From an uncultured Chloroflexia bacterium (GTDB taxonomy: Bacteria > Chloroflexota > Limnocylindria > Limnocylindrales > CSP1-4), in contig CAWEYP010000006.1 of assembly GCA_963813305.1 (NCBI GenBank), forward strand, positions 123,048 to 187,047: a stretch of DNA of 64,000 bases, given 5' to 3'. The notes below the pieces were generated by a model, which saw only the letters and a program-made list of their open reading frames with translations, was not told the DNA's origin and did not search any database. Positions 32,518-45,600 of the stretch are shown piece by piece. The position numbers and the translations under genes were made by a program. Numbering within the stretch: position 1 is the first letter of the stretch; each line of letters begins with the position of its first letter.

Positions 32518-32590
32518 TTCTCCACACTCCGCCACGGCGCCTGCACGTTTGTGGACAAGTCCGGCCGGCGGGCCGCCAGTTGGTGGATAA
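32518..32590. promoter_or_regulatory. Cluster of three actinobacterial-type DnaA-box 9-mers between groEL stop and the GGDEF gene start. These are TTCTCCACA (+, 32518-26), TTGTCCACA (-, 32550-58) and TTATCCACC (-, 32582-90)
   Basis: TTGTCCACA is the established high-GC DnaA-box consensus. No dnaA or dnaN is nearby, so this is more likely a DnaA-regulated promoter or titration site than oriC. Confidence 0.3.
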
Positions 32591-32754
32591 GCCCCTTGCG
32601 GAACTCGTGTCGAACATCTATTCTAAATCTTGCCCGAGGGGGCCGACACTTACTGCCGAACCGACTTGGGGAGCAATCCCCGGGGAGGTCCCGGGAGACC
32701 GGACCGACGACCGCAAGGCCGCCGGGAACGGGCCCGGCGGCGGATCGACGATCA

Positions 32755-35086
<2,332 letters not shown>

Positions 35087-35225
35087 GGGTGGTTCCTCCT
35101 GGAGGTCCGAGCTGCGGAAAGGGTGCCCGCCCTGCGGCCGTCCCGGACTCAGCGGTGCGCGACAGGCTCGAGTGGTCGATGATCTCTACGAAACCGTTTC
35201 ATCAGTATGGTATTGTCTGGACGAT

Positions 35226-35897
35226 ATGTCAATCGACGCGACAGCCGCACCACCCGCCCACCTGACCTCGACGTCGTACCTCGTGCTGGGCCTGATCGAG
35301 CGAGAAGGTCCATCCACGCCCTACGAGCTCAAACGCCACGTGGCGGCGACCATCGGCCATTTCTGGTCGTTCCCCCACGCCCTTCTCTACAAGGAGCCGG
35401 CGCGCCTGGTCGAGCTGGGTCTGTTGACCGAAGAGCGCGAGGCGGATGGGCGGCGGCGGCGGCTCTTCTCGATCACCGGCCGCGGCCGCGCGGCGATCCG
35501 GGCATGGCTCGCGAAGCCCGCGCAGGAACCGACCGAGCTGCGCGATGCCGGCCTGCTCCAGCTGTTCTTTGCGGATCTGGGGTCAACCGACGACCGCCGA
35601 GCTCTTGCGGTTGCGCAGCTCGCGATCCATCGCGCTGCCCTCGCCCGCTACGAGGACGATCGGCGCGGCGAGCGCGGGCTCGACGGCTCGGACTCAGCGG
35701 CGCGCACCGTCGAGCATTGGCGAGGGGTGACCCTGCCGATGGGCCTCCTCTACGAGCGGGCCGCTGTCGAGTTCTGGGAGGGCGTCGCCGCCGGCGCGCG
35801 CGTCGATGACGCCGCCGGGGACAGCTCGCGGGCGGAGGACGACGGCGCCCGCCAAGCCGCCAACCGGGCCTCGCGAGGGGTGGGTAGCGAGCAGTAG
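35226..35897 (+). CDS. PadR-family transcriptional regulator
   Basis: PadR winged helix (SYLVLGLIEREGPSTPYELKRHV...FWSFPHALLYKEPARLVELGLL). Divergent from groES. Confidence 0.8.
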   Translation: MSIDATAAPPAHLTSTSYLVLGLIEREGPSTPYELKRHVAATIGHFWSFPHALLYKEPARLVELGLLTEEREADGRRRRLFSITGRGRAAIRAWLAKPAQEPTELRDAGLLQLFFADLGSTDDRRALAVAQLAIHRAALARYEDDRRGERGLDGSDSAARTVEHWRGVTLPMGLLYERAAVEFWEGVAAGARVDDAAGDSSRAEDDGARQAANRASRGVGSEQ

Positions 35898-36368
35898 GCG
35901 GGCCGGCAACATCGACCCACCTGCCGTCCCGGCGCGCGAGTGTGGATCGCCATCTGAAGTCCAGCGAGGCGACGGCTGCCGCGGGGGTCGTCCCATCTGG
36001 CCATCAGGGATGACCGAATCCTCAGGGCAGGCTCTCCTGGGCGCCGAGCAGAGGCCCCCGGTCGGCGCGATCTGGCCAATCCCCAAACGGGATCGCCGTC
36101 GACGTGCGGAGCGAGGGCCATGCATATCCTAGCCCTCCCGTCGAATCTCATCTCCGGTTCGGTCGGGCAGTTGAAGGCGCCGCCTCAGCGCACTCCTCCT
36201 GCGCGCAAGCGTCGGCCGTCACGTGTGGCCCCCGTGACGACCGGCAGCGCGACGACGCCCCGGGCCTGACCCAGGGCGTCGTCGCGGGTGTCCGCCGGCG
36301 ACCGGCGGGTGGGCCGTGGCGGAGGACGGGTTATTCCCGGCAGTCTCGATCGGCGGGTTCCGGGGAGG

Positions 36369-37838
36369 CTACTTCCGCCCGGCCGCCATGTCGTACTGCA
36401 GGTAGACGACGTGGGTCTGCGTGTACTCGAGCACGCCGTGCTTGCCGTCGGCGCCGCCGATCCCGGACTTGCGCCAGCCGGCGTGGAACCCCTGCATGTT
36501 CTCCATGTTCTCGCGGTTGACGTACGTCTCTCCGAAGCGGAGCTCGTTGGACGCCCGCATGGCCACGTCGACGTTCTTGGTGAAGATCGACGACGCGAGA
36601 CCGTAGATCGAGTCGTTCGCCCAGGCGATCGCCTCGTCGAGGTCGTTGAACGTGACGACCGGCATCACCGGTCCGAAGATCTCCTCCCGGACGATCGCCA
36701 TGTCCTGGCGGCAGTTGGCGATGACCGTCGCCGGGTAGTAGTGGCCCTCCGGCATGTCCTCGGCCCGCTTGCCGCCGACCACGATCTGGCCGCCGTCGGC
36801 GACGGCCCGCTCGACACGTCCGCTGACGGCCTCGAGCTGCCGGGCGCTCACCAGGGGACCCAGGTCGCGGCCCTCGTCGACGAGCGCGTTCCCGTAGGTC
36901 GCCTGGCCCATCGCGGTGGCCAGCCGGTCGACGAACTCGTCGCCGACGCCCTTGTGGACGTAGGTCCGGTCGGCCGCGCCGCACACCTGGCCCGTGTTGA
37001 GGAGGCGGCAGGCCTTGATGGACCTGACCGCCAGGTCCAGGTCGGCGTCCGGCATGATGATGACCGGGGCGCTGCCGCCGAGCTCGAGGCTCACCTTCGT
37101 GATGTTCTGCGCGGCGAGCTCCATGACCCGGGAGCCCGTCCTGATGCTGCCCGTGACGCTCACCATGCCGATGAGCGGGTTCGAGGCCAGCTCCTCGCCG
37201 ACGACCGGTCCGTAGCCGCACACGAGGTTGACGACCCCGGCGGGCACCTCCGCCTCGTCGAAGATGCGGCCGAGCTCGAGCGTGCTGTTCGGCGTGATCT
37301 CGCTCGGCTTCACGACGATGGCGTTGCCCGTCAGGAGGGCCGGCGCCACCTTCCGGGCGAGGACGTAGAGGGGGAAGTTCCAGGGCACGATCCCGCCGAT
37401 GACGCCGATGGGCTGCCGGAGCAGCAGCTGCATCTCGTTCGGCCGGTCGCTCGGGATGACCTCGCCCTCGACACGGCGGGCCCATTCCGCGGTGTAGTCG
37501 AAGTAGTCGGCCGTCCCGTTGACCTCGCCCCGGGCCTGGTCGAGGGGCTTGCCCTGCTCCTCGGACAGGACCCGGGCGAGGTGCTCGGCATCCTTCCGGA
37601 TCCCCGCGGCGATCCGGTGCAGGTAGTCCGCTCGCTCGATCGGGGCCAGCTTCTCCCACTGGCGCTGGGCCCGGTCGGCGAACTCGATCGCCTCCCGCGC
37701 GTCCTCGACGGACGAATCGGGGACGTCCGACACGACGGCGCCGGTGGCCGGGTTCTCGACGGTCAGCGTCTTGCCGCCCTGCGCGTCGACGAACCGACCG
37801 TTCACGTAGTTCTGGTAGCGGCGAGTTGCGACAGCCAT
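36369..37838 (-). CDS. NAD(P)+-dependent aldehyde dehydrogenase
   Basis: ALDH catalytic signatures (VSLELGGSAP; FLNTGQVCGAADRTYV; EEIFGPV), 489 aa, intact. Confidence 0.9.
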   Translation of the reverse strand: MAVATRRYQNYVNGRFVDAQGGKTLTVENPATGAVVSDVPDSSVEDAREAIEFADRAQRQWEKLAPIERADYLHRIAAGIRKDAEHLARVLSEEQGKPLDQARGEVNGTADYFDYTAEWARRVEGEVIPSDRPNEMQLLLRQPIGVIGGIVPWNFPLYVLARKVAPALLTGNAIVVKPSEITPNSTLELGRIFDEAEVPAGVVNLVCGYGPVVGEELASNPLIGMVSVTGSIRTGSRVMELAAQNITKVSLELGGSAPVIIMPDADLDLAVRSIKACRLLNTGQVCGAADRTYVHKGVGDEFVDRLATAMGQATYGNALVDEGRDLGPLVSARQLEAVSGRVERAVADGGQIVVGGKRAEDMPEGHYYPATVIANCRQDMAIVREEIFGPVMPVVTFNDLDEAIAWANDSIYGLASSIFTKNVDVAMRASNELRFGETYVNRENMENMQGFHAGWRKSGIGGADGKHGVLEYTQTHVVYLQYDMAAGRK

Positions 37839-37962
37839 CGTGATCCTCCGGGTTGACCGGCCGCACCCCTGGCGCGGCCGGACCTTGGGTGGCAGGGCGC
37901 GAAGCCGCCGGTCAGCCGCCGACCGGCTCCGCGTCCGCCACCGACACCACAGGCACCGGCAC

Positions 37963-39104
37963 CTAGCCGAGGACGAGCGCCGACAGGCTCAGGTCGGCAT
38001 GGGTGGGAATGCCCTGCCACCGAGACGCCCTGCTCGCCGAACGCGAGGTAGCCGATCAAGGGCATGTGGCCGACGGCGTGCTCGACCTCGGCGGGGATCT
38101 CCCTGATCCGGTCGCCGAGGGCGATGGCGCGGCCGCCGCAATGGGCGAGCACGATGGCCTTCGGCTGGTCCACGCCCTGCAGCCGCCTTGTAGACGGCGT
38201 TGCCCGCCTCGGCGATCAGCCCGTTCACGGAGGCCTCGCCCAGCTCCAGCACCATGCCGGGGCTCATGGCCGCCCCGAAGTCCATCGAGCCGTCCGCGTT
38301 GCTGTTGACCGGGTGGGCGGAGTACGTGATCCCGTCCTTGTGGAAGAGCAGCGGGTACTGGACGCTGAACGACACGAGAGCGCCGCCGCCGATCTCGGAT
38401 TCGGGCTTGGCGACCCACTCCGAGTAGACGTCCATGGCCCGACGGCCGCCGAGCTCGAACACCGTGCGCCCCGAGGCCTTGGTGACGGTGGCCTTCTTGC
38501 CGGTCGGTCGGTAGCCGTTCGTGAAGGCGTAGCCGATCGGCCCGCCGAGGGCCGCGATGGCGAAGTGGTTCTTGTAGGCGTGGCCGTTCGCGAACTGCTG
38601 GAACTTGCCGTCGGGAGAGTGGTCCGACGCCGTCCCGCCGACCACCGGCACGCCCGGGGCCACCTCGGCGATCCCTCGCAGGATCTCCTCTTCGGGTCCC
38701 ATGAAGGCGATGGTCAGCAGGGCGCTGGCCTCGCCGCCAAGCTGCTCGAGAGCCGCCCGGGCCGCCTCCTTGCCGGCCGCGAAGCCGTCGCCGTCGCCGA
38801 CGGCGGCGACGCCGACCCCGGCCGGCCGGTCGGCGATCAGCATCAGGCTGGCCGCGCCGCCTTCGCTGGTGACCCAGCCGTCGTCCTGGAACACGCCGGT
38901 GGACGACGATCCGCCCCACAGGGGCACGTCGCCCAGCAGCTCCGACACGCCGGCCACGAGGCTCTCCGTGTCGTACTGCGTCGTCGCGAACAGGATGGCC
39001 AGCGTCGGCGTGCCCTCGAGCCCGGCCTTCGCCCGCTCGACCAGCTCGGCGGCCGCCGCCTTCGCATCGGTGGACGTCGTGCTGCCAGTGCCAATTGCGC
39101 TCAT
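37963..39104 (-). CDS. FIST-domain (FIST N + FIST C) sensory protein. It appears to carry two 1-nt frameshifts near 38175 and 38015
   Basis: A strong RBS (aggagg) precedes ATG 39104. The FIST C end (…QPKAIVLAHCGGRAIALGDR…GHMPLIGYLAFGEQG) and the final …PTHADLSLSALVLG* lie in two other frames. Confidence 0.6.
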
Positions 39105-40516
39105 GAGATTGCCTCCTGGGTGACTCCCGAAGGGGACCTGTCCGGAACCGGGCAGCCGTCCCGACTGACTGATCTGGCCGAGGATCGCCGCGCCGAGCAG
39201 CGAGGACTGGTCCTGGAAGACGTACTCGAAGTCGCCGGTCCAGCGGCGCCGGGCCTCGAGCATTCCGCGGATCCTCGCCCCGCCGCCGGAGATCCCGACC
39301 CGGCGGCCGATGGGCACGAGCTCGGCGACTTCCCGGAGGTGCCCGCCGAGGTACGTCGCGTTGCCGCGGACGAGGCTGAGCAGCAGGTCCTCGCGCGTGG
39401 TCTCGAGCGTCAGGCCGCCGAAGCCGGCCGTGAGCCGCTCGAGGGAGTACCGGCTGCCGCCGAGGTACGGCACGTACTCGGGAAGCTCGGCTTCGCGGGC
39501 GTCCGGGTCCGGATCCCGAAAGAACTCGTCGAGCACGCGTGGGACGTACTCGGCGTAGAACTCGTCGTCGCCCAGCTCGCTGCAGGCGACCCGACGGAAC
39601 CAGTCCAGCGCCTCGCCGCCGGCATTGAGGACGAAGAAGGTGAGCCAGCGACCGGGGACGACGTGGCACCGGACGTTGAAGGTGGGCGAGGCGATCGGAC
39701 GGTCGGTGCAGACGTTGGCGATGTCGCACGTCCCGCTGATGATGTTGATGTCGCCGGGCTCGGTCAGGCCCCCGGACAGCGCCGCGAGCACGGCGTCGTT
39801 GCCACCGCAGAGCACCGAGCAGCCGGCGGGCAGACCGAGCTCATCGGCGACCGCGGGCAGCAGCCGACCGACCGGCTCGTGGGACTGCATGAGGGGTGGC
39901 AGCCTGTCCTCCGGGATGCCGGCCAGGTCGAGGATCTCGCGGTTCCAGGTGAGGTCGTTGCGGGCCGTGTTGTAGAGGCCGGTGATCGACGTGGTCGACG
40001 GATCGATCGCCCAGCGGCCCGTCATCCGCTTGACGAGATAGGTGTTGCAGTGGCCGAACTTCGCGGCCGCCGCCCAGACCTCCGGCTGCTCGTCCCGGAA
40101 CCAGAGGATGGACGACAGCGACGAGCCGCCCGACACGGGAAGGTTGCACGTCTCGGCCAGGAACCTCCTCTCTCCAACGATCTGGCGAATGGCGGCCGAC
40201 TGCGCATGCGAACGTCCGTCGAGGAACAGGACGGCCGGCGCGAGCGCCGTGCCGTCGGCGGCCATGGGCGTGAGCCCCGGCGTGGTGACGGACAGCGAGA
40301 CGACGCCGACCCCGGCCAGGCTGGCCGCGACCTCCGCGCAGCATTCGCGCAGCGCCTCCCACCAGGCCTCGGGCTCGATGTCCGCCTTGCCCCGGTCGTA
40401 GATGTGCGGTGCGTAGGTGCGCCGCGCCTCGCATCGCTGCTCGAGGTCGGGGCTGAAGACGCCGATCTTGAGCGCGCTCGTCCCGACGTCGATGGCCGAG
40501 GATGTCGCGCGCTCAC
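39101..40516 (-). CDS. FGGY-family carbohydrate kinase (xylulokinase/gluconokinase-like). The start and the last few codons are uncertain because of probable frameshifts
   Basis: SAIDVGTSALKIGVF ... GGNDAVLAALSGG ... ISGGGARIRGML. The N-terminal 80 codons have no in-frame start. A GTG at 40516 overlaps the upstream stop (GTGA) but is in a different frame. The C-terminus reads in frame into the FIST ATG unless a shift restores the TGA at 39101-39103. Confidence 0.6.
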
Positions 40517-41415
40517 GGCAGGAGACCCTCCGCGACGAGGAGCGCCCTCAGCGCCTGGACCTGGGCCGGCTCCAGGGGGAGCAGCGGGCGCCGCGGGATG
40601 CCGCCCCGGAAGCCGGCGAGGGTCATGGCCGCCTTGACGCCCGCCACCCCGTGGGCTCCCGAGATCGCCGCGTTGATGCGGCTGACCCGATCCTGCAGCG
40701 GGACGCCGTTCGCCTCGTCGCGAGCGCGCCCGTAGCCGAACAGCTCGAGGGCGAGCTGGGGGAAGGAGTTGGCGAGCGACACCGTGCCGCCCGGCGAGCC
40801 GCCCATCATGGCCCGGAAGAGGAAGTTGGCCGAGCCCGCCAGGACCTGGAACGACGGGCCCTGGAAGGGCAGGAAGGCCTCGATGCCGCTCGCCGCGCTG
40901 TCCTTGAGGCCCACGATGTTCGGATGGGCCGCCAGGCGCCCGACCAGGTCCGGGCTCAGGGTGACGCCGCAGAAGCCCGGGGCGTTGTAGAGGAGGAGCG
41001 GGATCCGCGCCCGGTCGGCCAGCGACGAGAAGTAGCGGTACAGGACCTCGTCCGTCATCTGCGCCCGGAAGTAGCCCGGCGACAGGACGAGCCCGAAGTC
41101 GGCCCCAAGGTCCGCCGCGGCCGCGAGGAAGCGCTCCGCCTCGCGCTGCCCGTCGTACGCGGCACCGGCCAGGACCACCTGCCCGGGCCCCTTGTGGCGC
41201 ACGACATCGTCGAGGACGCGCAGCTTCTCGTCTTCCGCCAGGCTCCGGTTCTCGCCGTTGGACCCCAGCGCCAGGTAGCCGAGGATCCCGCTCTCCGCGT
41301 AGCGCGCGAGGTTGAACCGCAGGGCGCCGTGGTCGACGTCCTCGTTCGCGGCAAAGGGCGTGCAGATCGGCGCGAAGACGCCGGCGAGCTTCGCCTCGAC
41401 CTCGCGGGGGATCAT
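40513..41415 (-). CDS. Dihydrodipicolinate synthase / KDG-aldolase family lyase
   Basis: DapA-family signature (GYLALGSNGE; YNAPGFCGVTLSPDL; GLKDSA). Its ATG overlaps the IclR stop (ATGA). Confidence 0.85.
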   Translation of the reverse strand: MIPREVEAKLAGVFAPICTPFAANEDVDHGALRFNLARYAESGILGYLALGSNGENRSLAEDEKLRVLDDVVRHKGPGQVVLAGAAYDGQREAERFLAAAADLGADFGLVLSPGYFRAQMTDEVLYRYFSSLADRARIPLLLYNAPGFCGVTLSPDLVGRLAAHPNIVGLKDSAASGIEAFLPFQGPSFQVLAGSANFLFRAMMGGSPGGTVSLANSFPQLALELFGYGRARDEANGVPLQDRVSRINAAISGAHGVAGVKAAMTLAGFRGGIPRRPLLPLEPAQVQALRALLVAEGLLP

Positions 41416-42276
41416 CAGGTCGCCTCGCGAGTGTCCTGGCCGCGCCCGTCGGTCGGCTCGCCCGCGTCGGCCCCCAGCTCCCGGGCGATCGCTCCGGCCA
41501 CGGCGCGCACCCGTTCGCCGAAGTACGGGAGGCGATCGTGGATGCGGAAGTACGGTCCGGAGATGCTGATCGCGCCAACGGGCCGTCCGTCGGCTCCGAC
41601 GATCGCCGCCCCGACGCACGCCCCGAACGGCTCGTTCTCGCGGTCGTCGGTGGAGTAGCCGCGGAGCTGCGTCCGCCGGATCTCCTCCCGGAACGTGGCC
41701 AGGTCCAGGATCGTCCTGTCGGTCCGCGGCTGGAAGTCCATCCGAGCGTACTTCCCCTCGCGCTCCTCGTCCGGCAACGCGGCGAGCATGGCCTTGCCCA
41801 GCGAGGTCGAGTGGAGCGGCATCGTCTGGCCGACGGCGGAGACGAGCTGGATGCTGTTGTCGGCTTCCAGCTTGTCGACGTAGACGACCCGGAGGTCCTC
41901 CATGACCCCCAGGTGAACGGTCTCCCCGAGCTCGTCGCGCAGCGCCGTCAGGTGCGGTCGAGCGACGCTCCGAAGGTCGAGGCGGACGGTGGCTCGGTGG
42001 GCCAGCCACAGGATCTTGCCGGTGAGTCGATAGCGACGCGTCGTCTCGTCCTGGGTCACGTACCCGGCCTCGACGAGGGTCCGCAGGAGGCGCGTCACGG
42101 TCGCCTTGTCGAGGCCCACCCGCTGGCCGATGCGCAGAGGGCCCGAGCCCGTGCTCGTTCGCGCGCGCCAGCGCCTCCAGGACGTCGAGCCCTCGACTCA
42201 GGGTGCGGGTCACCGTCGTTTCACTCAGTGAACTCCTGGTGCGCTGATCGCACCCCATTGTAGCGTGATGCTCCAC
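41415..42276 (-). CDS. IclR-family transcriptional regulator, frameshifted near 42135
   Basis: An HTH segment (...RGLDVLEALARANEHGLGPS) in one frame is followed by GLDKATVTRLLRTLVEAGYV and an IclR effector domain in ORF 41415..42119. Confidence 0.7.
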
Positions 42277-42508
42277 CGCCGTCCGGACGACATCGACGCG
42301 CCGGGGCGTACCTGCCGGAGCGCCCTACAGGGTGGAGAGGACGACCATCAGGGCAAATCAATAGGCCGACCGCCCGGGGGTCCCGGGCGGTCTGGCCGTT
42401 GTTGGGTGGTGCTTCAGGCAGGGGGAACCGACTTGCCAACACCGATTGGCTACGTCAGAGGTGTCCCGTCATGGCGGGCCCGCCCTGGATGGGTGGCCGC
42501 TGGTACGT

Positions 42509-43057
42509 TCAGGGCTTGAACTGGAGCTCGGCTCCGTTGAAGGTGCTGACCATCGAGACCATCAGCCCATCGTCGGTGATGTAGGCGTCCGCGCCCTGGT
42601 AGGGCTCAGCGAGGAACGGGGCATTGGCCTCCCACGTGACGGCGATGGTGCCACCGATCTTCTGTCGAGAAAGCTCGGTGAACGTGATCCCGCACAGCCC
42701 TCCCTGGGAGTGCGGCAACACGAACCCGGCGAACGTCGCGTTGGCCTCCTCGCGGCCCTTGACGAGCACTCCGTTCGGCAGGCGGAGCTCGTAACTGTCG
42801 GGATACTGCTGCATCAGCCCCTTCCAGTCACAGCCGTTGAGGGCCTTCAAGTGCTGGGCGAGCACCGCGTCTGGAGTGCGCTCACGGACCAGCTTTCTCG
42901 ACTTCTGCCCGGTGTTGGGGTTCGTGACCGAGATTGCCGTGTACTTGTGTGAGTTGGAGTGCCACCCCGGCACGGTCCTGCCATTGCCTGCGAACGTGAC
43001 CGCGGCGCTGGCAAGCAGCGCGATCGTGACGAGCGCCACCAAACCGATCCTGCGCAT
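42509..43057 (-). CDS. Secreted hypothetical protein (signal peptide; SnoaL/NTF2-like suspected)
   Basis: RBS ggaggggg precedes ATG 43057. The N-terminus is MRRIGLVALVTIALLASAAVTFA. Confidence 0.6.
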   Translation of the reverse strand: MRRIGLVALVTIALLASAAVTFAGNGRTVPGWHSNSHKYTAISVTNPNTGQKSRKLVRERTPDAVLAQHLKALNGCDWKGLMQQYPDSYELRLPNGVLVKGREEANATFAGFVLPHSQGGLCGITFTELSRQKIGGTIAVTWEANAPFLAEPYQGADAYITDDGLMVSMVSTFNGAELQFKP

Positions 43058-43239
43058 GGTGTCCCCCTCCTGCGTGGGTAGCGGTGCAAGTCGGCCCCAC
43101 CAGTGGCTCGGCGCGTTCCCGGCGGCCGGGATTTGGCGTGTCAAAGCCTCCCGCAACGCGCCCACCTTGGCAGGTCCAGTGCAGGTTGGCAAGGAATCAA
43201 CGATTCTCGATTATCCGTCTCCATTGAACCGGAGCTCGG

Positions 43240-43362
43240 GCCAGTGGTAGCGCAGGTGCCTTCGGGAGCCGCTGGGGCCCGAGCGGCGTGGGGTCGACGA
43301 TCCTGAACGACCGGCCGAGCGGCGAAAGCCACCGATTGATTGTGCGATTCGCGAGCACGATG
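43240..43362 (+). repeat. Partial copy (E) of the approximately 230-nt structured repeat family (3' two thirds)
   Basis: Shares ...cagtggtagcgca.gtgc.ttcgggagccgctggggcc... and ...ccgattgattgtgcgattcgcgagcacga with copies A-D. Confidence 0.6.
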
Positions 43363-43482
43363 TCGGTCGCCACGACTGAAGCATCGATCAGACGCCCGGC
43401 GCGCGACGATCCCGTCGTACCCAGGCACGAAGGTGGCGGGAATGTCGTGGAACTCAGGGTACCCTCGATTTCCGAGCCTTCA

Positions 43483-44253
43483 ATGTCCGAGTTCACCCCT
43501 GCGCCAGGGTTCGCCTGCGGTAGGATCGGCACAATTCGAGGAGGCCCCCACGTGGGTGCGACCGAACCGGTTGGTACCCATCTCGCACGGCTGCTGCCGC
43601 GTGCCGGCGCCGGCACGCTGCGTCGCCTGGAGCATGGGGCTCGGCACCAGACCTTCTCCCGCCGTGACCTGTTGCACGCGAGGGGTTTCCAATTGCCACC
43701 CTTCGTCGTGCTCGATGGGCACGTCATGAACCGCCGCGTCGTGGAGACGGGACAGGTCTACGCCGCGCTGATCGCGGGGCCCGGATACCTCGGCGGACTT
43801 CGCTCGATCAGCGACCCGGACGCCGACGCGCTCTACGAGCTGGTCGCGCTGAGCGACGGGACGTGGGCGACGTGGAATCCGGGGTTCATGCGGCAGATGG
43901 CGCTCGAGGACGCCGGGCTGGCCGTGGGCCTCCTCGACCTGGCATCGGACTTCGCGGTGGTCCTCAACGTGCGACTCGACGAACGGTCCTTCGCGAGCGC
44001 GCGCCAGCGGATGGCCGCCATCCTCCTCCGCTACGGGAGCGTGATCTTCGACACGCCCCATCCGGTCGCGCAGCGAGCCGACCTGGCAGCCATGATCGGC
44101 ACGAGCCGCGTGATGATGTACCGGACGCTGCGCGGGCTGGAAGCCGACGGCCTCGTGGAACGCCAGCGCGGCGGCGGCATCAACGTTTTGGACAAGGACG
44201 GGCTCGCCCGACTTGTCGACGTGGCGGCCCCTGACGGCGCCCCGCCTCTCTGA
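43483..44253 (+). CDS. Crp/Fnr-family transcriptional regulator (cNMP-binding domain plus C-terminal HTH)
   Basis: HTH (RADLAAMIGTSRVMMYRTLRGLEADGLVERQ). A beta-roll region lies upstream. The start is uncertain (ORF opens at 43288). Confidence 0.7.
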   Translation: MSEFTPAPGFACGRIGTIRGGPHVGATEPVGTHLARLLPRAGAGTLRRLEHGARHQTFSRRDLLHARGFQLPPFVVLDGHVMNRRVVETGQVYAALIAGPGYLGGLRSISDPDADALYELVALSDGTWATWNPGFMRQMALEDAGLAVGLLDLASDFAVVLNVRLDERSFASARQRMAAILLRYGSVIFDTPHPVAQRADLAAMIGTSRVMMYRTLRGLEADGLVERQRGGGINVLDKDGLARLVDVAAPDGAPPL

Positions 44254-44385
44254 CCGCTGCTGCCGCCTGCGACCACGCATGCGGACGGCCCGCCAAGCCC
44301 TCCCTTCTCCGAGCCCCGACCCAGCGTGGGGGTCGGTGTCTTGAGGCACCACCCGGCGGCTCCGAACGGGAATAGGACAAAGGTT

Positions 44386-44993
44386 ATGTCGCTCGGTCGA
44401 ACCACCGAGTACGTTCGGCCGGCGTCCCTCCGACCAGGTGGCAGCTGGTCGCGTGAAGCGCGAGGTAGCTCTACCTCGGTTGAGTCCCGCGAGTCGGTGC
44501 AACGGCGGACGGCCGTGGCAGCGAGAGGAGCGGAACGGCGGACGTCACCGGCCTCATCTCGACGTTCATCTCACGCGCCCGCGGTGGCGCGGCGGGCCTG
44601 CTCGCGGGTCGCCTCCTGGCCGGCCACGATGGTCACCGCGAGAGGCTCCTGAAGGCGATCGACGAGACGGAGCTCTGGCAGAGGGCCGTGCTCGACCTGC
44701 TCTACCGTCACGCGCTCGACAACGAGGCCGACAGCAGGCAGGTCGAGGCCTACCTCGCGACGCGGCCATGGCCGCAGGCCCACGCCGACCTGCTTGGCCC
44801 GGACCGGGACGCAGTGCTGGCCCTGTCTGTCCGGCTGATGAACGCGACCGGGAGGACCGAGGCCCTGGCGTCGTGGACCGAGGCCCAGCAGCTGGTGGGA
44901 CGTCGGATGGCCCTCCAGCGGAAGCGCGTCCAGGCGGGCCACGAACCCGAACAACCGACGAACCCCGACCCGGCCGGCCCGTTCGGGGCATGA
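44386..44993 (+). CDS. Hypothetical protein. An ATG with RBS at 44386 reads into a protein-like downstream frame (44484..44993), implying another frameshift. Low confidence
   Basis: Downstream frame: ...RERLLKAIDETELWQRAVLDLLYRHALDNEADSRQVEAYLATRPWPQAHADLLGPDRDAVLALSVRLMNATG.... Confidence 0.3.
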
Positions 44994-45502
44994 AGAGACC
45001 CCGGTCGCCCGATGTGCGCCCCCATCCCGCGAACGGAGCGATCAGGGGTCGGTCTGGGTGGACTCAGCCTCGGCGATCCCCAGGGTGGTGGTCGCGCTCG
45101 CAGTCGCGGCAGATTCGGTTCGGGCGCCGCGTCGCGCGCGGGCACAGGCAGACCGCGCAGCGGCAATCCTTCAGCTCCGCCACGAAACCACGGTGCTACT
45201 CCGTTTCACGCTGCGCGGGGACACCGCCCATCACACCGACCCCGGGACGCCCGGTGCGCCGCGCTCCCCCCAGTCTCGAGCGGGCGACCGGGCGTGCCGG
45301 GGGTCGTCAGGTGTTCGACGTCCCACGCGATCGAGCGCGGATCGTGTGCGTCCCGGCGTCCTGTGTCGATAAACAATGGCCGAAAACGCATCGGCCTCCC
45401 GGTCGCCCGGTGCGCGCAGCTGCCGGAGCCTTCCTACGGCGTCGGGGGCGAGCCGGGGAAGATGAGGCCGTGGGGCGCAGGTCGGGCCCCCGGACGTGCA
45501 AG

Positions 45503-45600
45503 CATCGTGCGCTGGGGCCGAACGGTGGAGGGTCCCGCACCGAAGGCACGGGGTCTGCCAACGAGACCCGTCCGACTATTGTGCGCTTCGCAGGCACGAG
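45503..45600 (+). repeat. Degenerate short copy (F) of the structured repeat family
   Basis: Keeps the left boundary catcgtgcgctg and the right-end motif ccgactattgtgcgcttcgcaggcacgagg. Confidence 0.45.

Noticed and set aside
35087-35225. CIRCE/HAIR heat-shock operator upstream of groES
   Set aside because: Only a loose inverted repeat (GGACTCAG...CTCGAGTGG) is present. It does not match either consensus.
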